Source: Eledone cirrhosa (Eukaryota). From it: 64,000 nucleotides of DNA. Location: assembly GCA_964016885.1 (NCBI GenBank), contig OZ024743.1, positions 194,308,001-194,372,000 of the forward strand, in the 5' to 3' direction. The notes beneath the pieces were generated by a model. That model saw only the letters and a program-made list of their open reading frames with translations. It was not told the DNA's origin and searched no databases. Positions 60,300-64,000 of this stretch are shown here, piece after piece; the first letter of the stretch is position 1, and the number at the start of each line of letters is the position of its first letter. A program made the translations under genes and the position numbers.

Positions 60300-60515
60300 A
60301 TGGTTCTGTTATAGGAATAAAGCCAACAGCTTTGAGGGAAGGGAAAGTCGATTAAATCGACCCAAGTACGTCACTGGTGCTTTATGTTATCGACCCCGAA
60401 AGGATGAAATGCAAAGCTAACCTCGCCAGTATTTGAACACAGAACCTAGAGGGGCGTAATTATGCTGTAAAGCATGTTGTCCGACGCTCTAGTAATTCTG
60501 CCAATCCACGGTCCT
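60300..60515 (-). mobile_element. Diverged S1 SINE
   Basis: Body and head recognisable. Confidence 0.7.
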
Positions 60516-60677
60516 AAGACATAGAAATTATAGTGAATGTGAGTTTGTTTTACTATATTTTTCTTGCAATTTTATAACATGTCCCTCCCCAATCTGTTTC
60601 AGCACACGATTTAATTTCTCAATAAAAAATCTTCCAAAACAAATACATCACCATCATATATATATATATATATATAC

Positions 60678-60770
<93 letters not shown>

Positions 60771-60797
60771 TATATATATATTATATATATATACATG

Positions 60798-60883
<86 letters not shown>

Positions 60884-61589
60884 TATATATACATATAAAT
60901 ATATATAAGTATGGTGTACTTTGGTGCGTTATGGTCCACCTGGTTTCTCACCACATTTTCTTGTTATATATATATATATATATTTAATACAATAACAGAG
61001 AAAGCTTTAAGCTAAACTCTGACTGGTAACCATTTCACTCAACAAACATTAGGGTATACGTTAGTATAATCCCAATTTTGTGTTTGGGGTGCTAACTATA
61101 TGTATTTTGTGGAAAGCCAGTTGTATTATTTTATATGAGATATAATTAAAATTAAAATATATCTCTCTTTCCAAACAATTGTTTCATTATAAGTTTTCTA
61201 CAAGTTGGGAGAATGTTTCCAGTTTATGTAGAAGCCTAACATATTTTTCTGTAAGAATATATGTAGGTGGGCACTTATAAATCATCAGTGGATGCCCATT
61301 AAACTTTGATATAAGAAAACATTTTTCTTACCGCAGTTATTTTTCGTGTCCGCTAAGTCATCCCTTCACGCATCAAATGACCGCCAAATTTGAAATTCCA
61401 GCAGTCTTTAGACTGAGGAAGTATCATAGCGTCACGAAGCGGAAAAGGGAGACAATCGCGAGTCAGAAGAAAAGTAAAATAATATACACGTGGGTTAATT
61501 AGTTTTTTCAAAAACATTATCAATCCTGCGTGTTAAGAACTCAATCAATTTAAAAAAAATAAATGTATGCATGTATATATATATATATA

Positions 61590-62138
61590 TATTTATTAAA
61601 ATAACAGATTAAAGTTTAAGCAAAGAATCGCTGCTTTCACCCTTAACGGGATCTTCTGAAACTAACAAAGTCAATCTGTAAACGCAGTACTGGATATTTC
61701 AAAAAACGTTGCAACCGGAGCAAGACAGGAAGACGATACTTTGGTTCATGGTGACGTTCGGTGGCAAAGAACGGGAAAAAACGAATAATACGTCATTAAT
61801 AGGAGCGGTGAAAAACAATTACGCGCAAAGCGTCTCTATGCACCACTTAGAGAACATTAGTCTACGACCTCTTTTATACCATAAACGTGTTTCTGTCTTT
61901 GCGCGTAATTGTTTTTCACTGCTCCTATTAATGACGTATTATTCGTTTTTTCCCGTTCTTTGCCACCGAACGTCACCATGAACCAAAGTATCGTCTTCCT
62001 GTCTTCCTCCGGTTGCAACGTCTTTTGAAATATCCAGTACTGCGTTTACAGATTGACTTTGTTAGTTTCAGAAGATCCCGTTAAGGGTGAAAGCAGCGAT
62101 TCTTTGCTTAAACTTTAATCTGTTATTTTAATAAATAT
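61590..62138. mobile_element. Fold-back of the family F PLE 3' end, with HHRs at 61614-61662(-) and 62065-62113(+)
   Basis: ~245 bp nearly identical inverted arms, homologous to 9350-9643. Confidence 0.8.
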
Positions 62139-62220
62139 TTGCTCTTCGGTTCTTATATATTTGATATATATTTTCCTTATCGAGCCCTCTTTGGATTTTA
62201 GTCTTCAATTTTATTATTAT

Positions 62221-62257
<37 letters not shown>

Positions 62258-62301
62258 CATATATATATATATGTATGCATATATATATATATATATATGT
62301 A

Positions 62302-62347
<46 letters not shown>

Positions 62348-62698
62348 ACAGTTTAACACTGTGAGCTTCTCATTACTTCCATATTCTTTCTTAAATGAAA
62401 TTTGGAAGTGAGTAGAATACATGAATGAGGTTTGGGCCACAATAGTATAGTAATCAGTTATAAATTTATAATTTAGGACAAGCTTTTATATTTTATGATT
62501 AATATTCTACTTCAAATAATGAGAAATTTATGACGGTACAATATATAATCACTACAGATAAATATCATTAACGACCATAAAATCCAATTAATAAATGGCA
62601 TATAATTTGGGAAATAGCAGACACATAAACAAAGACCACATAGTGCATTACAATCGTACTAATGTACACATATAGATACATTGTATTACTCTCTCAGC

Positions 62699-62995
62699 CA
62701 GGGCCGGATTTAATGCGGGGCAAAGTGGGCAATTGCGCGGGTCAACTGCAGCGGAGACTCCCAACAGCGGCAGGCGTAACAATTTATTTTTGCCCTCAGC
62801 TGTGCTTTTTTAGTTTTAGGATGGTTAGAATTTTTGTGTATGTATAACTTTTCAATTCTAATTACTTGTGCTAAGCTAACTTTGATATACAAAATTGAGT
62901 GAGTTGCAATGCTGCTGTGTATTCTATTTTTGTGTCTGTGTGTTTATGAGGGGCTCCCAAACCTGAAGATCCTCGGGCCCACAAGGTCTAACCTG
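62699..62995. mobile_element. Possible hAT-type MITE remnant
   Basis: Starts CAGGGCCGGATTTA; GC-rich ends around an AT-rich core; the right TIR is not clear. Confidence 0.3.
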
Positions 62996-63214
62996 AGATT
63001 TGCCTATCTTACTGATCGCGTAACTGGTTTACGCCATGAAATATGGTTTTTAGAACTTGAACTGTTTATCATGTAGCAATCATTGGATATGAAATAGGTC
63101 AAATGAAAAGTAACGACATGTATGTATAACATCTTGTTTATATAAAGGAGTATATATACACACACATTCACATTAAACAGTGAAAAAGACACACAAACAT
63201 GTATGTATATATGA

Positions 63215-63275
<61 letters not shown>

Positions 63276-63525
63276 AACGTTTGTATATATGTATGTATGT
63301 ATACAATATGCATGTGTATGTATGTTTGTATGTATGTATGCATATCATGTATGTTTGTATATATGCGTATGTATGTTTGTATGTATGTATGTATGGATAT
63401 CATGTATCCATGCATGTGTGTGTATGATTGTATGTACGGGTCTGTATGCATGTATGTATGTATGTATGTATGTATGTATGTGTGTATGTAAGTATGTGTG
63501 TGTGTGTGTGTAAGTCTGTATCTGA

Positions 63526-63850
63526 AGGCGCATATCTTTGTGGTTAAGCTATTCGGCTCACAATCATAAGGTCGTGAGTTACATTCCCGGCTGCACGTTG
63601 TGTCCTTGAGCAAGACACTTTATTTCACGTTGCTCCAGTCCACTCAGCTGGCAAAAATGAATTGTACTTCTAATTCAAAGGGCCAGTCTTGTCACCTTCT
63701 TTGTCACGCTGATTCTCCCTGAGAACTAAATTATGGGTACACGTGTTTGAGGAATGCTCAGCCACTTGCACGTCAATTTCACTAGCAGGCTGTTCCGTTG
63801 GTCGTATTAATTGGAACGCTAGTCGTCGTAACCGACGGAGTGCCGTACAA
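63526..63850 (+). mobile_element. Full-length S2 SINE
   Basis: tRNA-like head, GTGTCCTTGAGCAAGACACTT core, and a tail shared with 49630-49800. Confidence 0.78.
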
Positions 63851-63908
63851 GCTTAATGTATGTATGTACGTATGTATGTTCTTGTTTCATTATTTCATAC
63901 ATATTTAA

Positions 63909-64000
63909 AGGGCGGTGGATTGGCAGTATCGGTAGAGGGTCGGACGCCATGCTTTCCAGCATAGTTACGTCCCTTTACGATCTGAGTTCAAATCCCGCCG
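63909..64000 (+). mobile_element. S1 SINE 5' part (runs off the window)
   Basis: Intact A box TGGCAGTATCGG and B box GAGTTCAAATCCC. Confidence 0.88.

Noticed and set aside
61410-61445. CTGAGGA..GAAG motif
   Set aside because: No convincing stems.

Overview
AT-rich, microsatellite-dense eukaryotic DNA. The tRNA-derived SINEs and the (TA)n/(CA)n density suggest an octopus or other coleoid cephalopod (inference). No intact host gene is visible; almost all listed ORFs are microsatellite artefacts. The main coding feature is a near-full-length Penelope-like retroelement (PLE; RT + GIY-YIG endonuclease, ~18.5-24.65 kb) with tandem and inverted pseudo-LTRs, inserted in (TA)n. A second PLE 3' fragment lies at 8.0-9.6 kb. 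Many short non-coding PLE-like end fragments sit in (TA)n tracts as fold-back and direct repeats. The most notable signal is about 30 type-I hammerhead ribozyme (HHR) motifs, found by eye, in six multi-copy families plus singletons. They include a canonical one at 32013-32057 and core variants: a compensatory U3-A8 core (UUGAAAA) in two unrelated families, U4A, and A6C. Also present: ~20 tRNA-head SINEs, mariner, RTE and CRE-like fragments, a Helitron-like non-autonomous element, and a few possible decayed host exons. All RNA folds are manual predictions and have not been tested.
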